In this document: positions 60,559 through 64,000 of the stretch, one piece after another
Layout of the letters: each line of letters opens with the position of its first letter
How positions within the stretch are numbered: position 1 is the first letter of the stretch
Origin: Macrostomum lignano
Taxonomy: Eukaryota
DNA length: 64,000 bases
NCBI GenBank assembly: GCA_002269645.1
Contig: NIVC01001763.1
Coordinates: forward strand, 62,001 to 126,000
Reading direction: 5' to 3'
Made by a program: the position numbers and the translations under genes
Notes under the pieces: generated by a model
Told to the model about the DNA's origin: nothing
Seen by the model: the letters and a program-made list of their open reading frames with translations, nothing else
Database searches by the model: none

Positions 60559-60599
60559 GTATCTGCAGGTGTCTGATTTTGATTTGAATCGGGAATAAG

Positions 60600-61085
60600 G
60601 ATCAGCGATCAGGGATTAGGGAATGGGGATCAGGGAATGGGGATCAGGGAATGGGGATCAGGGAATTGGGATCAGGGAATGGGGATCAGGGAATGGGGAT
60701 CAGGGAATGGGGATCAGGGAATGGGGATCAGGGAATGGGGATCAGGGAATGGGGATCAGGGAATGGGGATCAGGGAATGGGGATCAGGGAATTGGGATTA
60801 GGGAATGGGGATTAGGGAATGGGGATCAGGGAATGGGGATCAGGGAATGGGGATCAGGGATCGGGAATCAGGGAATGGGGATCAGGGAATGGGGATCAGG
60901 GAATGGGGATCAGGGATCGGGAATCAGGGATCAGGGATCGGGGATCAGGGATCAGGGATCGGCGATCAGGGATCGGGAATCAGGGATCAGGGATCGGGGA
61001 TCAGGGATCAGGGATCGGGGATCAGGGATCGGGAATCAGGGATCAGGGATCGGGGATCAGGTATCAGGGATCGGGGATCAGGGGT
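60600..61085. repeat. 14-bp / 7-bp intronic minisatellite
   Basis: ggatcagggaatgg grading into gggatca(g). Confidence 0.93.
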
Positions 61086-62252
61086 CAGAGAATATAAAAT
61101 ATGAATTCGTTAACAAGGATTTTATTTTAATCAGCTGCAAAAACAGACCAGGACAGATTCCTGTGCGATAAGAATTGACAGTGAAACGCAGCTAATCAAG
61201 ACAGCTCGGTCAGGGGTCAAGGGTTAGCTATGGCCTGCCGCTTCGAAGTTCGAGTCGAGTTGTGCAAACGAATAGAGACGGAGAAAGCAGAGCCTCCAGT
61301 TCTGAGCACATCAAATCAAAACAGCTTTGAGCAGGCCCTCGCAACTTAAATAATTACCTTGCCAAATCTCATAAGCCCTAAAAACGGGTGCCGCCGCCGC
61401 TCCCCCACTCTCTCCGAGTCTGTTGGCAAACAAAGACCTTTAACGCATCGCGCTGGGCCTCGCAATGACTGGGGGGCTTTTTGTTGGCATTGTTAACTTC
61501 AGTTTGTCATTTAAATCATAAGCGCGCAATTGCTTCTTTCAAGTGCCTCAAAGTCAGCCAGACGTTTGCATCAAAATCAATTCTCCCCAGTAAGGCTCCC
61601 ATTTTAGAATCCCAGCTTGGACCTATGAGCTTCGAAATAATGAAGCGACTTTCACAGTTGGAATAAAAACCCGCAATCCCAGTTACTAGCCAAAGGGTAG
61701 AAATGAGCGGGAATAGAAGTGGCCCTTCACACTTCTCTCCAAAAAAGTGGTTGAGCAACAGTTGCACTGATTCCGCCACATCTCTCCCATTATTCCCAAA
61801 CTGCCCCCCGGGGGTTTGAGCTGGGTGCTCAAGAATCAACTCAGAAGCCATTATATGCAGCAATCTGGGCCAGAGTTAAATGAGCGCTCAAGTCAAGCGC
61901 CGTGGATTGCTGTTGATCTCACAGCGAGGGGGAGCTGCGTGTTGCCAAAAAAGTCCAGCATTCACTGCGACTGCATCCGGGAGGAGCGGAGAGCAAATAA
62001 ATGGAGTTGAGAAGCGAAGAGCACTCTCAAAGCCGGAGCGCACTCGAGAAGCCTAATTGCTTGGAGAGATGAGAGAGGGGGGCCGGACCGTATGTTGGTG
62101 CTCCCAGACTGGCAATCGAGTTAAAAATTGGAATCTTTGTGCCAAAACAATCCAATTTGGCTGTTTAGTAGGGGCTGGGGTGCACTATGGGGCACTGAGT
62201 GGCGAAATTGAAAATATTGATTGAGATTTTGCATTCGTTTCTTAAAGACTAG

Positions 62253-63348
62253 GGATAGGAGACTAGAGAATAGAGATATGGACTAGAGACTAGAGATAGG
62301 AGACTAGAGATGGAGATTAGATCTAGGAGACTAGAGATAGGATACTAGAGATAGGAGACTAGAGATAGGAGACTAGAGATAGGAGACTAGCGATAGGAGA
62401 CTAGAGATAGGAGACTAGAGATAGGAGACTAGAGATAGGAGACTAGAGATAGGAGACTAGAGATAGGAGACTAGAGATAGGAGATTAGAGATAGGAGACT
62501 AGAGATAGGAGACTAGAGATAGGAGATTAGATCTAGGAGACTAGAGATAGGAGACTAGAGATAGGAGACTAGAGATAGGAGACTAGAGATAGGAGACTAG
62601 AGATAGGAGACTAGAGATAGGAGACTAGAGATAGGAGACTAGAGATAGGAGACTAGAGATAGGAGACTAGAGATAGGAGACTAGAGATAGGAGATTAGAT
62701 CTAGGAGACTAGAGATAGGAGACTAGAGATAGGAGACTAGAGATAGGAGACTAGAGATAGGAGACTAGAGATAGGAGACTAGAGATAGGAGACTAGAGAT
62801 AGGAGACTAGAGATAGGAGACTAGAGATTGGAGACTAGAGATTGGAGACTAGAGATAGGAGACTAGAGATAGGAGACTAGAGATAGGAGACTAGAGATAG
62901 GAGACTAGAGATAGGAGACTAGCGATAGGAGACTAGAGATAGGAGACTAGAGATAGGAGACTAGAGATAGGAGACTAGAGATAGGAGACTAGAGATAGGA
63001 GACTAGAGATAGGAGACTAGAGATAGGAGACTAGAGATAGGAGACTAGAGATAGGAGACTAGAGATAGGAGACTAGAGATAGGAGATTAGAGATAGGAGA
63101 CTAGAGATAGGAGACTAGAGATAGGAGATTAGATCTAGGAGACTAGAGATAGGAGACTAGAGATAGGAGACTAGAGATAGGAGACTAGAGATAGGAGACT
63201 AGAGATAGGAGACTAGAGATAGGAGACTAGAGATAGGAGACTAGAGATAGGAGACTACAGAGATAGGAGACTAGAGATAGGAGACTAGAGATAGGAGACT
63301 AGAGATAGGAGACTAGAGATAGGAGACTAGAGATAGGAGACTAGAGAT
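62253..63348. repeat. 14-bp minisatellite, ~78 copies
   Basis: Unit ggagactagagata, with a recurring ggagattagatcta variant. Confidence 0.96.
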
Positions 63349-64000
63349 ACAAACAGAGAGCCATTCTATGCACTGGAAACAGTTTTTAATAATTTTACTG
63401 GCGCCGGTTGTCCTGCCCGCACTGACTAAAAATTTCTTCTTTTCATTATCAAAACCGGGCCGCCTCATCCAGAACTTCATCATGATGCGATGCTTCGCTC
63501 TGAAAACAGCACCAAGCCCAACAGTCTTTGGGAACCGTTTTTGCCACTCTCTGCTTGCAGAAGAAGGAGGAGACACGCCAGAACGCAGAGAAAAAAGAGC
63601 AAGTTAAGGGAAAAAACTTCTCTGTGAAACACGCATCGCACACGCATGCTTCTCTAGCAGAGCCAGAACACAAGACAGACAGTCGGGGCTTCCTCCTTGC
63701 ACCGCGCCGCGCAGGCAGGCGGGCAGGCCTTCGCCTCCAGACCCCCTCCCAGTTCCCTTGAAAGAAATTTGACACCAACACCCCCGGTCCCTAGCTCTGT
63801 GAGACACTGCAGTTGACCAGATGGAACAGTTCAGCGAGTCTCGATAAAGAGAGCGCGCGAGAGAGCGAAATCGTCTCATATTTCCGTCAGCCCACGAGCC
63901 CAGAAAGGGCCTCTGCTAACCCCCCCCCCCTTATCCTGTCCCCAGAGCCGCCGCCTCGGCAAAATTCCGACTCAAAAAATTCTCGCGCCTTCCCTGCGTC

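Noticed and set aside
61516-61863. 115-aa minus-strand ORF upstream of the Q/H-rich exon
   Set aside because: No recognisable domain and no splice path linking it in frame to the downstream exon.

Overview
Eukaryotic (metazoan) genomic DNA with GC-rich spliced genes whose introns are filled with tandem repeats. The architecture is most consistent with the flatworm Macrostomum, but the species assignment is inference. Gene models built by hand from GT-AG junctions and frame continuity: (1) the 3' end of a TRH-receptor-like GPCR (+); (2) a 4-exon GLD-2/TUT-family nucleotidyltransferase (-) that has lost two of its three catalytic aspartates and carries a long repetitive disordered tail, so probably a stand-alone pseudo-enzyme; (3) glutaminyl-tRNA synthetase QARS (-, 6 exons, with a 1-nt deletion in the last exon); (4) an orphan 132-aa 2-exon gene (+); (5) a putative Ala-rich repeat protein (+); (6) a complete 5-exon APCDD1 Wnt-inhibitor homologue (+); (7) a Gln/His-rich ORF (-). 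Non-coding content includes more than 25 distinct mini/microsatellites, a 6.5-kb indel-free 10-bp satellite, a tRNA-headed CORE-type SINE with CpG-decayed copies, a second SINE family, a hAT MITE with an 8-bp TSD, a 2.1-kb element with a 9-bp TSD, a foldback element carrying a solo-LTR-like insert, and a ~5-kb CpG-depleted transposon field directly upstream of QARS that retains one small CpG-dense hairpin island. Most long ORFs in the supplied track are translations of tandem repeats. No database searches were run; all homology calls come from motif recognition.
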